Assembly: GCA_020137815.1 (NCBI GenBank)
Contig: CM035351.1
Location: forward strand, 2,790,001 to 2,854,000
Length of the DNA stretch: 64,000 nt
Direction: 5' to 3'
From: Hormiphora californensis
Taxonomy: Eukaryota; Animalia; Ctenophora
Shown here in pieces: positions 1 to 32,193 of this stretch (the first letter of the stretch is position 1; each line of letters opens with the position of its first letter). The notes beneath the pieces are model-generated. The model ran no database searches and was not told where the DNA came from. It saw only the letters and a list, made by a program, of their open reading frames with translations. The translations under genes were made by a program, and so were the position numbers.

Positions 1-18364
<18,364 letters not shown>

Positions 18365-19320
18365 ACTGCTTGAAGAGCCCCAACATTTTTAAAAAGAACT
18401 TGAAGTTCTTGAAAGACACTGTCGAGAGAGTGCAGTATGAATTGAGACGAAATATTATTAAGTTTTTAATGAGTCATTAATAATGACACGTGACCTGAGA
18501 GATATTTGCAGGCCCTTTATTTACCCTTTTTGTACAATACTTGTAGAGCAAGCATATTTACAGTAATGACAATAAAATATTTTGATATTCTGTGGCCCGG
18601 GATGGCCTTTTTTCGGATTGTTGACCCTATTTTGTACTTGTAGCTATCCATTGGATTTTCATTCCAAACCAACGTGTCTTCAACTTTCAAGGAAGAGGAG
18701 ATGAAGGAAGGGGCAGTGGTGGGAGAAATCAAGGAATTTGTCTGAATCGAGTGCGGCATAAATTATTATTTTGCCGCTCGCCGCGCACGTTGCCGCCGCG
18801 CAAATACAGCGCCGCGCACAGACAATACTAATATTACATATGTGTCAGACATTTCGAGGCGTGTAACTTTCGATGTTTCCGGTTAGTAACGCATCAATGA
18901 TTTCTCTCACTGCGCCACCCCATGACACCACTTCTTTAGAAATAGAACCAGAAGTTCAACTTCTAATTTTAGTTCTAGACCGAACCGGACCGGAGCTCCG
19001 CGGAGCCTACTAATTCAAAACACGCTTCTACATAAGTGATAAAGTGTAAAATTTAGTAAAATTCATGTCATATATAATCTTTTAAAACGTTTGTCATACC
19101 CTGCCAAACACGTCTCTCAGACCTCATCCTACAACAATAATTAGAAAACATACTCCCGTTTCTCTCAAACTGTCAGTTGCATTTATCCAGTCAGTGTAGA
19201 ATTATAGAACTGTCAATACCCTCTAAAATAATAATCTCATTCTCTCTCGGCTAAAAATAAAAGTAGTCACTTCCTTAGCTCCCTTTAGCTGCTACTAACA
19301 CTACAAAATCCCAATTCTGA

Positions 19321-22300
19321 TCATTCTACATAGTCCCTGATGGCCTGTCCGTGTTTCGAAAGCCATGCAATATTCCCTTGTATGCTTTGTAGAGAAGATT
19401 CATAGGCAGCGGTTGCGGGTCCTAAACTCTCGTAGCGAGGGACGAAGAATTCTTTAATCTGAAAATAACAGGTGATGTTTAATGGAATTACTGTCAGTCC
19501 TAAAATTGGATTGTTTGCTATCAATTGTATCTGCATGTTTCTGACTTTTAATAAAGTAAGAAACACGCTTAGAAAATGACACGCCATTCTTACTTTGTCA
19601 TAACTCGTCTGATCAGAAAACTTGGATAACACACCAAAGACATAAGCATCAACTGCAAATATAGCTCCAGCAAACCGCCTGAAAAATGTCATCATGAGTC
19701 AAGGTGGAAAACTATACTTATTTGAGTTGTTCAGAGAAACAAAAATTACACTCAGACTGATGGCATTATAATACGCCCCCCCCCCTCCGGCCCCCACCCC
19801 CTATTACACACATAAAAGAGATGGGGGCAATAAAAGAAATCACCTATAGCTGGGCTAACTAGTTTGGTGCAGTGCACTTACTCTTCACGAATATAGTCCC
19901 AGTGGTCGATGAGGAACTTCAGGGAGACTTCACGGCCTAGTTTGGTTTGTGTTATACTCCTTCCCATGATGTAGAGGGCATCACTTGGTCGAACAAGGGT
20001 GTCATCCAGACAATAATTTGAATATCTGATGAGGGGGTCATGGTGTTGTATAGAAGGGACACACCTAGTGAAGTAGCAACCTACTAGTAGGTAGTGAACC
20101 TAAAACCTACAAAATATCAGCTGCACTAACTTGACAAGTGTAGCATTGTCCTGAATGAGGCCGAGTGCGTAGTATAACACCTGCTGTTCCGCTGCAGAGG
20201 GAGATGTAAGGTACTTTCCCCACAGCCACTGCCAATCATCCTTCAGTTCGTCAGTCACTGGCTGCTGACTCATCACTGTTTTTAGGATAGTGCTCTTGAA
20301 GTCGGTCGGGAGGGGAGAGTTTTCGCTGAAAATGAGAATGAGTTAAATGCCTCTCGCTCTCGCATGAAATGGACTTGTTATGTTCTAACCCTCCTTTACA
20401 TTTGTAAAGAGGGTCATGGCATAGATAAAAGTTGATAATGATATATGAGGCATAAACTCTTGCCAGTGGCGCGTTATTTCAGATACCTTTCTCCCAGCGC
20501 GCCGCTGGGAGAAGGTAGCTGTAGTTTATCCGCCACTGGCGGATAAACTGGTTTAAATCACGACGACGATCCCGAGGCGTAGCCGAGGGAGAGGCGGAGG
20601 GGTTTAAACCTATAACGCGTCTGTGGCAAGAGTTTATGGGTTATATACCCTGCTTTAGTTGTTTGTTACAAGTATTACACACTAACAAGAGAGAGAACAC
20701 TAATCAAAACACACAAAGAGAACTGAGAAACAGTCAAAAACATCTCTCAATTGAGTGTACATTGTTTGGTAACAGTTACTAAGGAGAGAGAGAAAGAAAT
20801 AACAAGATATGGGGCATGCTAGACATAACACAGAGGAATTGAGATAGTGAGAAAGAAGGGAAGATAAAGAGAGAGTAATTGACGGAATGTGTTGTTTCTT
20901 TCTCTCCAATTTAGTGTGTAACTCTTGCAAACAGTGTTCCCTCTGTATTTCAGTCAGAACTGATCATTTACACACACTTTGAATGTAACATAGGAGTTAA
21001 ACATAAATAACCTGCCAGTGGGAAATAATCTGCCGCTGGACTGGCTGGTTATCGAGAGCGCGCTAGTGGGACTTCTCGCCAGTGGCGCATTATTTAAGTT
21101 AGCAGGGTATATAATTATATATAAATAGTTAACTCACTCTTTGTATTTCTGGAAGAACTCCTTAGCGGCGGTGATGCAACCGGCTACTTCAAACTGACAC
21201 GCAGTCGAAATAGCGAAAACTACCTTTTGTCTAGCGGAGAATATTGAATAAGGGGCGAGGTTAAAATATAGATATATTGTTATAGGTACAATTAGGTTTT
21301 GTAATGAACACATACTATAAGTATAACACGAGGTATGACCTTCCACTTCTCAAACTCCAGAGACACTTTACTGTATAACAGTGTACGACTAACACTGGAA
21401 AACAACAACTAACCGTTTCTGGAAGTTTCCATCTGCATCATCAACTGGTAGTGGAGTTGGATCCGTCACCTTGAAATATTCTTTGTACTGTTCATACAAC
21501 GTTTCATAATACGGTTTCCACTTGGCCTTCCATTCGGTATTGAGAGTAGAATTCCCAGAGATTTGCCTCCCTACTACAGCCAGCTGTCTGTGGACCTCCT
21601 TCCAGGGTACCAAGGGTAGGGTGGTATCCTTCAGAACATTCCCTAACAACTCCAATCCAACTGACATAGGTTTCATCCCTGAGCTGATCATGAGGAACGT
21701 GTCGAATATCGTGCCCTGTTTTTCCGAGGTAGTCAGAGCCTGGAGGGAGGGATGGGTTAGCTGGTACCCAAAGGACATTGTATTGATCTCTTAAAGTCTG
21801 GTTTTGTAGTGTAACTGAAATGGTAACAATCAATACACTGTATGGTAACAAACAATACACTGTGTGCAACTACCTTCCACTTCGCTCCATCATCTCCATC
21901 ATCTCCAAACAGCTCCTTGTTCAGCCGGGCCGCCATATCATAACTGTAGTCAACAACGTAGTATCCATCACTGTTCAGATTGAGTCGGATAAACTCTTCA
22001 GGGTCCGAGAAATCGAAGGGAATGATCACTGAAATAGGGGGGAGGGTTAGGGAGGGTAGTTCTTTGAGGGGGGGGGGGGGTGAGTTAGTTTGGGACTGAT
22101 AGGAATATTCTCGAATTTATCCATCAATGCCATGGGGTGTCAAGTTTAATTTCTCTAGACCACTAATAATGTGTAGATAAGATGTGCCTACGTCGCAATG
22201 ACGTCACAATTTGAGATGACCCTACATTATATGACGTTATTGTATGGGGGAGGGATACACTAATAGAGAGATAAGAGGGATTTCTACTTAGTGACGAAGG

Positions 22301-25300
22301 CATTTTCGTGACACATATAACAGTACATAGAGGGAGGGCCCTCGAGAGATTAACAAAGATTATACTCACAATGAGAGTGTGGTTTTAGCCACTCAAACGA
22401 AGGTATCCCATCTTTCTTTATGTATTTAACTGGTACATACCACTGGTAGCTGGAGATAGGAAAATAAGGGTTAGATACCTAAATTTGAATATATCCACGG
22501 CCCATACTTTACTTCTAAGTTACTAGCGCACCCATTGGGTGCGCCTCAAGTATAAGGGCTTTTTAACAACCCACCCGGCTTCGCCGGGTGGTTCTTTTCG
22601 CCCCTTTCAACGGTAATAACGGTATTATAATAGAGATACGGTATTATAATAGAGATACGAATGTATAGTGTTTAAAACGAGCACCTGGTACCATCTACAT
22701 AAACCTTCCTAATGGTTCATTTCAAATATAATATCCTTTCAAGAATATATCAAGAATCTATCAAGAATCTAAAAGCACGGAGACTGACCTGTAAGGTGAC
22801 ACCTTGTCTCCCGTGGTGTCCTCTCCAGCGATCAGGAACCGTTCCTGTGACACTACCACATGACCCTCATCAAACCGGCTCACTTTTAGAACGGGGAAGT
22901 TCATTTGAAGGGTCCAGGTGCTCATCACATCCTTTATACTGACACCCGAGTCAGGGCTGACTTTCTGGTAAACCTGTTGAGGGGAAATTGCTAAGAAGAT
23001 GGGGAGAGTTAATCACAGTGCTATTCATAAATAAAAAAACCAGGGGGATGCCTAGCAAGACAGAATGAAAGTCTTGAGAAGTAAAGAGACTCACAAATCG
23101 CGGTTTTTGTGCAAATTATTCGTGGTTATTAATTCCAGCTAGTGTGTGTGTAACTCAAATGTAGTACCTTGTCTAGCTCCCCATACAGATCCATCTGGAC
23201 CGCGTTTCCGTATCTGTGCTCCTTGATGTACTCCTTTATTGCCTCCTCAAAATGATTCGTGTTTCCACCCGGGTCCATAAACATTTTAGCTTGTCGCAGA
23301 ATAGCAGATCCCTGGGAAGAGAGGGGATTTGAATAGCAGATCCCTGGAAAGAGAGGGGGATTTAAATAGCAGATTATAGTTTAGTCCAGGAAGCGACCGA
23401 ATATTCGGTTCGGTTCGGTTCGGTTCGGAAATTCGGTGTTTTTTGGGCGGTTCGGTTCGGTTCGGTTCGGTAGGAAATTTTGGCCGAACCACCGAATTTT
23501 TTGGTCAAAAAATGCCCAGAAATCGGGCTTTTTCATGCAAAATTTTTCAATTATTTCACGAAAATTGTATGGATTTCAATGTCAATTTCGCCGTATTAAA
23601 CCCTACTTATTTCGAATCGGTGGTGCTATGTGGAAATGATTTCGCTAGTTAGCGGGTTCGATATGGATTGATTTGATACCTGACTTCCCGTCGAATCGTG
23701 TCCTCATGAGAGGGTCAACAAATTCAGAAACTTTTTTTTCTTCAAAAAATTCATGGAGAGCACCGATCAAGGTGTTAAGAATCATTCTCTGAAATTTTGT
23801 AAAAAAGTTTGGAAAATATTTCAAAGTCAATTTTATGGAAAATTTTCTATGTCAATTTTTGCGTACGAATCGTGTTTCGAATCGGTATTGCTAAGCGGGA
23901 GTGATGTTGCTAATTAGTGGGTCCGAGATGGATTATGCTGATACGTGATCCCCCATCAAATCTAATTAGGAAGTTTAGGGGAAACGATTCATGTTTCAAT
24001 AAATCCTGCTAATTAGCGAGAGCACTGCCGCATAGCATCACCGATTCGCAGCACGATTCGTACGGCAAAATTAACATAGAATTTTTTTCCGAAATTGACT
24101 TTGAAATATTTTACAAAGTTTTTTCACAAAATTATATGTTTCTCTAAAAATTCATGGAGAGCATCGATCAAGGTATTGACAATCATTACCTGAAATTTTG
24201 TGAAATTTTTTTTCTGAAAAATATTTTAAGTAAATTATGGTATACGAATCGTGTTTCTAATCGACAATGCTAAACGGGAGTGATGTTGGTAATTAGTGGG
24301 TCCGAAATGGATTGTGCTGATACGTGATCCCCCATCAAATCTAATTAGGAAATTTAGAGAGACACGATTCATGGTTCGTTTAATCCTGCTAGTTAGCAAT
24401 ACCAATCCCGTATAGCATTGCCGATTCGAAACACGATTCGTACGCAAAAATTGACATAGAAAATTTACGATAAAATTGACTTTGAAAATTTTTTCACAAA
24501 ATTGACTTTGAAATTTTTTCAAACATTTTTTAACAAAATTTCAGAGAATGATTCTCAATACCTTGATCGGTGCTCTCCATGACTTTTTAGAGAAACATTT
24601 ATATACAGAAAAAGTTTTGTATGGTTCGGTTCGGTTCGGTTCGGTTCGGTTACCGAAATTCGGTTCGGTTCGGTTCGGTTCGGTTCGGTAAAAAAGTTTT
24701 TCAAATTCGGTTCGGTTCGGTTCGGTGGAAAAAAACCCGGTTCGGTCGTTTCCTGGTTTAGTCGTTTAGAGTTATAACACCATTTGGTGTATAATAGGTC
24801 GGTGCTCACTCACATACCTTTGAGTAGGAAATAGAGTCGAATTGAGATGTAATATCGTCAGGTTCTTCCACCGCAACAGATGTTGGTCGAGAACTCATGT
24901 AGGAGTCAATAGAGAGGGCAGCCGATTTGTCGGAATACGTCTGGAAATCATTCTAAAGGAAAATAGAGTTATGTGAGTGGTTATGGGGACCAGAAAACCC
25001 AGTCAACAATCACGTAGTTCCAATTAGGTGGATAATTTCAACACTTACATTATTCCAAAAAGGTTCACTGGCGTCAGTTCCAATCCACTCAACGTAGGAT
25101 GCAAAGCCCTCATTCAGCCATAAGTCATTCCACCATTTCATGGTTACTAGGTTACCAAACCACTGGAAATGATCATTGATGGAGACTTTGATAAACCCGA
25201 TATATATGGTGAGATGATATCCTAAAAAATAATAAATCTCCCAAACTAGAAATCATATCGTACCTGATGGGCGAGTTCGTGAGACACAACAGTGTTGACT

Positions 25301-27261
25301 CTCGACTTTGTGCTTATTGTATCATTCACGGTGTTGTACAAAAGTGCAGTTTCTCGGTAGAGGATTAACCCCCAGTTCTCCATCGCTCCAGCACTAAAAT
25401 CAGGCACCGCCACAGAATCTGCGGGAAATATTTCATTAATCATTATCGGAGTACCATGGTGAACTAAATAATAACAGGGTGTGTGTGTGTATAAACAAGC
25501 CAAAATTGTAGTTTTGATAAACTAACCAATCTTCCTGAGAGGGAAATCCGTCCCATAAAACTCCTCGTATTTATCAATCACTTTCCGTGTGATATCTGCA
25601 GAGTAAACCCCATCACCAGCATCAATAGCAGGACCTCGACCACACGTCCTAACTTTAACATTAGTATTCGTTTGTTGGACCTCAGTACATTTAAAGTCAG
25701 CGATAACAAAAGCCAGAAGATATGTTGACATTTTGACGCTCTTTTCAAATGAGAATGTCCTGTAAGTATCGTCCACTGAGACAGGGTCTCCCTTTTGAGG
25801 CATGTTCCAAAGCACCAGAGGGTACTTTTTCTCTGTGGTAATGGTCATCTTGAAGACGGCTTTCATGTCAGGTTCATCAAAACAGGGCATAACTTTGCGG
25901 GCGGCAAGTGGCTCCATTTGAGACGCCAACAACCACCTGAGAGGAAGATTATGGAATTGGAAAATATAGATATCTTTCAGGTTCCTAATATATTCGGATA
26001 ATAACTTCAGATCTTACTTTTTCTCTCCGTTTTCTTTGTAGGAGCTCAGGTAGATTCCATCCAGACCCTCCACCAGCCGGGACCTCCACTCTAGAGTTAG
26101 GAAGTACCTGCCTGGCTCTAGGGTGGAGCCCAGTTGCATCACATAGAAACTATTAGCAGTGAACGGGTAGGCATGGGTCACTTTCACATGTTCCCTATCT
26201 TCAGGCTTACCCTGTGGAGAAGGGTTTGTTAAATTCTCAAATTTAACTCTTATTAAATACCTCACTTCAAGATTATCAGCAGGAACCGACCGAAACAAGT
26301 AAACAACCAATCAGAACTCGTTATTTAGGTCATGTGACTGGTTATCAGCCAATCAGGCACCAGTATTTCCTGATTTGGTCGGTTCCTGATTCTCAGATTC
26401 AAAATTCAAATATAATGTAATCACTCCCTCTACCCATTCTCACAGTATAAGCCTGCTCCAACTACAAAAAGTTTACTCTATTAGTCCTACCTTACTCACT
26501 GTATTGCTCCTTCTTACCTTGCCATCCCGTTGTACAGTGCAACTAGTAACGTTCATCTCATACCCCTGTAGTTTGTGTCGAACATTGTTCATGTGCATTA
26601 TGATGGAAGATGTCTTGTTCACTACATCCACTGATATCGTCTCTCTGCCTGGTGAAGCGGGGACGGGGTTCGTGCCTTGTTGTAAATAATTGGAGATATT
26701 GGAGAATTGAAATTAGACATGATAGTAGTCGGTGTAAAAGATGGTTTGGGTGACTGATACTGGTAAAGTAAGAACATTTCAGAAGGCGTTCTAGTGAGGG
26801 TCTAGTTGAAAGAAGAGTCACCCCGCCCCTATAATACACTGTCCCTATACCTAACCTGTAAACAACTGGTCAGTGATGGATATTTTCAGGGAAACGTCAT
26901 ACTCCACTGGTATCACATTCCGAGGTAAGCGGATATCTTCCCAGTTTTGTTGGGGCTCAGGCTTTTCAGCGCTCACCGAGGAACCTGAATCAAGGGGGGG
27001 GGGGGGGGGAATAAACAAACAAACAAACGGAGAAACAAACAGAGAAACAAACAAACGGAGAAACAAACAGAGAAACAAACAGAGAAACAAGCAGACAAAC
27101 AAACAGAGAGACAAGCAGACAAACAAACAAACAAAGTGCTACTTACTGACTGTTGCGATGACAACTATTGATATGATAGCTGAGACCACCAGTAACGCTA
27201 AAATGATCCGCTTTGTGTCCCGGTTAAGGGATCCCCATTTCTCCCTCGCGCTCTCTAACAT
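19321..27261 (-). CDS. M1 family zinc aminopeptidase (aminopeptidase N/A-like), type II membrane protein
   Basis: [67 protein letters not shown]; N-terminal [22 protein letters not shown]. Exons: 27261-27147, 26984-26856, 26648-26518, 26211-26018, 25936-25527, 25418-25264, 25162-25049, 24940-24818, 23311-23168, 22973-22789, 22449-22370, 22028-21874, 21739-21414, 21230-21138, 20325-20131, 20025-19882, 19678-19594, 19458-19321. Confidence 0.95.
20452..21114. mobile_element. Non-autonomous element with asymmetric inverted repeats and a multi-hairpin end (Helentron-like or foldback)
   Basis: TTATATACCCTGCT (20641) / AGCAGGGTATATAA (21101-21114); nested hairpins ATAAACTCTTGCCA..TGGCAAGAGTTTAT, AGTTTATCCGCCA-C-TGGCGGATAAACT, CCGAGGCGTAGCCGAGG. 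Confidence 0.6.
22523..22655 (-). mobile_element. Miniature non-autonomous Helitron
   Basis: Minus strand reads A|TCTCTATTATAATA (5' segment duplicated) ... CCACCCGGCGAAGCCGGGTGG hairpin ... GCGCACCCAATGGGTGCG-CTAG|T. Confidence 0.6.
23387..24755. mobile_element. Non-autonomous hAT element
   Basis: TIR CAGGAAGCGACCGAA / TTCGGTCGTTTCCTG; perfect 8-bp TSD GTTTAGTC (23379-23386, 24756-24763); (TTCGG)n subterminal arrays; internal direct and inverted duplications. Confidence 0.9.
26280..26388. mobile_element. 109-bp hAT MITE related to the 23387 element
   Basis: TIR CAGGAACCGACC / GGTCGGTTCCTG; TSD ATTATCAG / ATTCTCAG (1 mismatch). Confidence 0.85.
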
Positions 27262-28394
27262 GCCACCACCTGATCATAAAGAGAGAGATTTGTATTGGAA
27301 AACTATCTTTAATCCACAAAACAAAGCTGGTGAAGATAGGATAGGGGTTATATGGTTACTATAGCAACAAAGTTCGTTACAGTTTTATACGGGTGTAACA
27401 TCATTACAATATATTATATATATATGCACTGTGTAGAGGTATATTTGAAGTCATTCGCTCTCGAAGCATATGGTTTATTGGTTTGGGGTCCCCTTCTTGA
27501 AATATTTAATACCAAGCATTCACTATTGGCAAATTTTTCGTCTAAATAATGAACATTTGATACTTAATTAGCAACTTATACACGTGATAGAATCCTACAT
27601 TTACAATTTACTCAACAGGTAAATAATAGCGTAATATTTTGCCAGTTTCACCACGCCCCACACAGGAGGGTTAGAACAATAACGTGTCACAAGACGACGA
27701 CAAACCGGGGTCAAAAAAGGGACCGGGATCTGTGCCAAGAAATCAAAAGAAAGGGAGCTTCGTAGGCAATGGTATGTTTGGACGACCATGAGATAAGAAA
27801 ATGAGAGTGGGGGTAACTAGATTACAACTTAACTGCGGCGAGAGTGTGAAATTCACGATAAAATATATATGGGTGAAGAATGGGCTAGATTCAACAAGGG
27901 GGAGAGAGGGAGGGAGCTGGGCGTTGTGAGAAACTAGAGATGCTGGGGGAATTAGGTGGAAGTCTGGTGTAAAATTAGAGAGAGAGAGGGGGGAGATCGG
28001 TAAACAAAGGTGGTGTTTCCTGATGAGATAAATTAGGGCGCTAAATTTCAAATCTCTCCGGCCGGACAATGTAATTGAGAATATTAAAAACGTGCTGCAG
28101 ACGTGGCTGAATAGTAAGATGCAATGGGGGGGGGATAACAATGAAATGGGTTGCGAAACCGCCAATTGAAATAGGAAACGACCGAATATATAATGTTTTT
28201 AAACAATGTGAAGAAGAGAGAGAATAGCGCTGGACGGTAGTGTACAATTACCTATACGTATAATGCAGCTATATTTTCGGTTCACTAGTAAAATGCAGCG
28301 ATGCGTGCAGCTATAGACGGAAAAAGGCGACGTACCGGGGCCAGACAGACAGTAGACACAGTATGAGAGAAACTCAGGAACAATAAATTAGAGT

Positions 28395-28461
28395 AAAAAT
28401 ACACATAGCCCCGCACTGACAGCCGTTTATTCTGAATTTATTACCAGTTTAGAGTTTCTCT

Positions 28462-28497
<36 letters not shown>

Positions 28498-28609
28498 CAC
28501 CTCCAGCCACGTGGAGGTGAAAAAAAAAAAAAAAAAAAAATTAGAGAAACTCTAAACTGGTAATAAATTCAGAATAAACGGCTGTCAGTGCGGGGCTATG
28601 TGTATTTTT
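28395..28609. repeat. Near-perfect ~215-bp palindrome (foldback MITE) with poly-T/poly-A arms
   Basis: AAAATACACATAGCCCCGCACTGACAGCC...T-run-CACCTCCA / TGGAGGTG-A-run...GGCTGTCAGTGCGGGGCTATGTGTATTTT. Confidence 0.9.
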
Positions 28610-28764
28610 GTTATCTAATTATTTCTTACATAACCAGTAGTGAACTGCCCCTAGAAGTATGCCCCAACCTAAATAGTTGGGTACTGTTTACCTCCCTAAA
28701 TAATTACACCAGCAATACATGTAACAGTAAGGCGGGCAGTGCAACAATGAATTTCTGATAGAAA

Positions 28765-28923
28765 TACTAACCCGATCTGATCCTCCCAAATTGTAGCATT
28801 GTTCAAATGTATCACGTTGCAGTATCTATAGAAATTTTCTATTGATCTACTGCAACCCGGGACACATTTGAATTAAACAATGAAACAATTGATGAGATTT
28901 AGGAGGATCAGATCGGGTTAGTA
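28765..28923. mobile_element. TA-flanked hairpin MITE
   Basis: TACTAACCCGATCTGATCCTCC / GGAGGATCAGATCGGGTTAGTA with an imperfectly self-complementary interior. Confidence 0.75.
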
Positions 28924-28991
28924 TTGGGAGAATTGCTGTCCACCCACTGTCAGGACAATGCTCTGACACCCCCCCAGTATATAATACTCAC

Positions 28992-29100
28992 ACCAGGTTT
29001 GGTGGGGTTGCTTCATCTCCACAGTAGGCTGCTGATCCTGGTCTGATCCCTGATCCATTTCCAGCCGCATCATAGGCAACTCAATACGGTCCTGGGACAT
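28992..29100 (-). CDS. Probable alternative first coding exon of the aminopeptidase (cytoplasmic tail)
   Basis: MSQDRIELPMMRLEMDQGSDQDQQPTVEMKQPHQTW ends in phase 1 at GTGAGT, matching the phase-1 acceptor at 27269 (xGT GGT GGC ATG). Confidence 0.5.
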
Positions 29101-30298
29101 GATTTACTAGAGATGTATCAGAAGGGTGCTGTTTGGGAGTTTCTAATCTCAGTAACAGAATAGTAACACAACTCGAATCAAAATGTAATAATCTTATCTT
29201 ATGTAGAGGTACAACTAAGATCAACACATTATTGGGAGCGACACATTGTGTGTTACCGACATATAATGCTGCCCCCAAATGATAGGAAATCGTCTGAAGA
29301 CACCACATTTGAAGACCATTATCTCTCACCTAGCACCCACACTCGCACTGTCTCTCTCTCAGTCTCTGTATATCTCTCTCCCTGTCTCTCTATTTATCTC
29401 TATCTCTCTCACTCTGTATATCTCTCTCGCTGTCTCACAAAGTTGTGGTAAGATATATGGTAAATTTGTCATCTGCCGTCGGAACTTGCTCAAGAGGTAG
29501 AACACATGTGACAGTACACTACAAAATGGTACAATAGCATCAGGAGTCAGGACTCTGTGAATGAAAGATGCACACATATATTATTGTTGAATTTAATATC
29601 AGATGACATTTGTAATTTTGGATCGGGTTTGGATCACAGAAACCAGTATTACATAGAAACCAGTGCACATGCACTAAAATATATGCAAGGAATGATCAGA
29701 TAATTGATTAAATCTTGTTGATTGGTGCATTGATAGTGCTGCATTGTTATTTCATTATTTAGAGCCACACAGAGTACAACACATACACGTTACCGATAGG
29801 AGAGAGAGGGAGAAGAAATCCACTCAATCTGTATGAATAGAAATGTGTATTGTGACTCGAGCCACTTACCCAAGTCCCAATCTTATTTTCAACAAAAGAA
29901 CCCCATTAATGACCCCCCCCCCCAACGTGTATAATACAGTCACCACATAGCGACTGTAAGAAAGAGAAACTTGGACCACCACAGCTCTACTAATACTCCG
30001 TTTGGACAGTGGTGGTGGGACTTTCCATTACCCAATACCCACCAATGACCTGATCGGGTCTGCACCATACCCGTTTCGATCAGGTCGGCGCCGCCAGGTA
30101 GTCAATTATAAACACCAATAACGGACAATATCCCACCAATAACTAACAAACACAATAACTAACAGAAACTAACAATAATCCTACCTCTTGTAAGTCTTCA
30201 TACTGAACTAGCTCCAACTCATCTGTGAGAGGGTCACTTGTCGAGCTCATAGACCTGAGAAGGATATACAGTCATTATAAAACAGAGGTGGATTAGGG

Positions 30299-30422
<124 letters not shown>

Positions 30423-30854
30423 AAAATAATACAGTAACAGTATAGCACAACTCTAAAGCACTTATAGCAGCAAACACTTAAGCTATAGTATACGCGGCGG
30501 TTTACCCCCCCCCCCCCTGAGTACCGCGGTAAATTGAGGTACAGACACTACCAGTATAACAACACTAGAGAAAGAACACACACACACATGTGATCTTTCT
30601 GTACCGTTCTGCAGAGACATTTTTAACTAATAAGCGTAAACCAAATATGGCAGTAGAGGGAGCGATCTAAAAACTGGAGGTTCAGCACAGGCATGCATTA
30701 CCTACTGCACTTGTGCAGCACTGGAAAACATAGAATAGGAAACACCAACACTAAACCTCAATTCTCACTTAGGATATAATCAAACCTCCCTCTTCCCAGC
30801 ACATATATGCAGTAGTTAGACAAATGAGACAAGTTCTACCTGTCAGAATTCCAT

Positions 30855-30936
30855 CCCAACCTTGTGCAGCTCACATTGCATTTTATTTCATGATGACAAG
30901 TACGCTCTGTGATTGTTGAATTGAGTAACCACCCTT
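30855..30936 (+). repeat. 82-bp direct repeat, left copy
   Basis: CCCAACCTTGTGCAGCTCAC...GAGTAACCACCCTT; second copy at 36853-36934 with 2 substitutions seen. Confidence 0.95.
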
Positions 30937-31511
30937 GGCAGGTGAGTAGAACTTCGCTCCCAATAAAAGGCAATATTTACTTATAGGCCCTTTCTGGCGT
31001 TTTTCCCGCTCAAAAAGTATGTCAGTTGGGTCGCAGCTTGGTGACATACGCTCCAGTTGCAGATTGGAAACTGGCACCAGGATTGGAAACTGGCACCAGG
31101 AGTTAGCTGGGAGAATCCTTATGAACCATGCTGCGCGCGACATCTTCGATGACTAGCAGGGATTTCGATGTGAATTGCATTGAAAGTAGCGCCGCGCGAC
31201 AGTGTCAGCAGCAGAGTAGTTCTCTGGCATCAAGAACCTGGCTCCAGTAGTAAAATCTCTCACTGGGCCCATATAGACACCTGACGCGACCCCCGCACAC
31301 TCAATCTTGGTCACACACGGTGTCTATGTCACCAAGGTCGCAGCTACAGGGAACTATGGTAGACTTGGGGGGGGGGGGCATTTTTATTGCCCCACACGGT
31401 ATTATTGTTAGTACAGAGATGATAGATAGGGTGGTGTTTACGGGGTGGAAGGATGGCGGTGGCTCTCCTGGCGAGTTGGTTAAATGATGGCATGATGCCA
31501 TACGTAAAACG

Positions 31512-31850
31512 TTTTTAGCACCCTGACTCGAGTCGATCGAGTAAGGGTACTAAAAGGATCAGCTGATATATTATAGGCATGTAGGTGAAAACAAAGCATC
31601 CTGTCAGTGTCATGAAGAGTGCACTGATTGGGAGACTTGATATATTAGATTTGTTGAAAATAGTGTTCCCTCTGTATTTAAGTAAGAACTGATCATTTAC
31701 GCCCACTTTTAATGTTACAATGTTACATTGGGGGAAAACAGCCGAAGAGAGCCTCCACATCCTGAGCGTTAAAAGGAAGGCCGGTGCTAAAAGTTAAAAT
31801 TACTCTTTTAGCACCCTTCCTCGAGCCGATCGAGTAAGGGTGCTAAAAGG
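31512..31850. mobile_element. Helentron-like relic with duplicated terminal hairpin
   Basis: TTTTAGCACCCT..CTCGAG.CGATCGAGTAAGGGT.CTAAAAGG at ~31512 and ~31806; GGTGCTAAAAG at ~31783. Confidence 0.45.
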
Positions 31851-32193
31851 GCAAAGGCTCAGCTGATGTATGGGCTTTCTCCGGTATAAATGCCGTTAGG
31901 ATCCCTTGTCTTCATCTATTATACTATACCTATATAACGTTTTAATGTTCTCCAAAGATCCAGAAGAAGCTGGCAATAGAAACAGAACTCTTTGAGACCA
32001 CTGTTAGTGTTATTGAAGAGTGCTGACTGCTGATTGGGTCCCAATTTGGGGGGAAATAGTCGTGCCTGAACCTCAGGTTCAGGTCATGGCTATTTTCCAC
32101 CGAAACCTGATGATGGAGCACCACTGTAACTACTAGGGTAATTACTCTTGTTACTGTTATGTACCAACAAAATCACTTCACTTCTTATTATAG

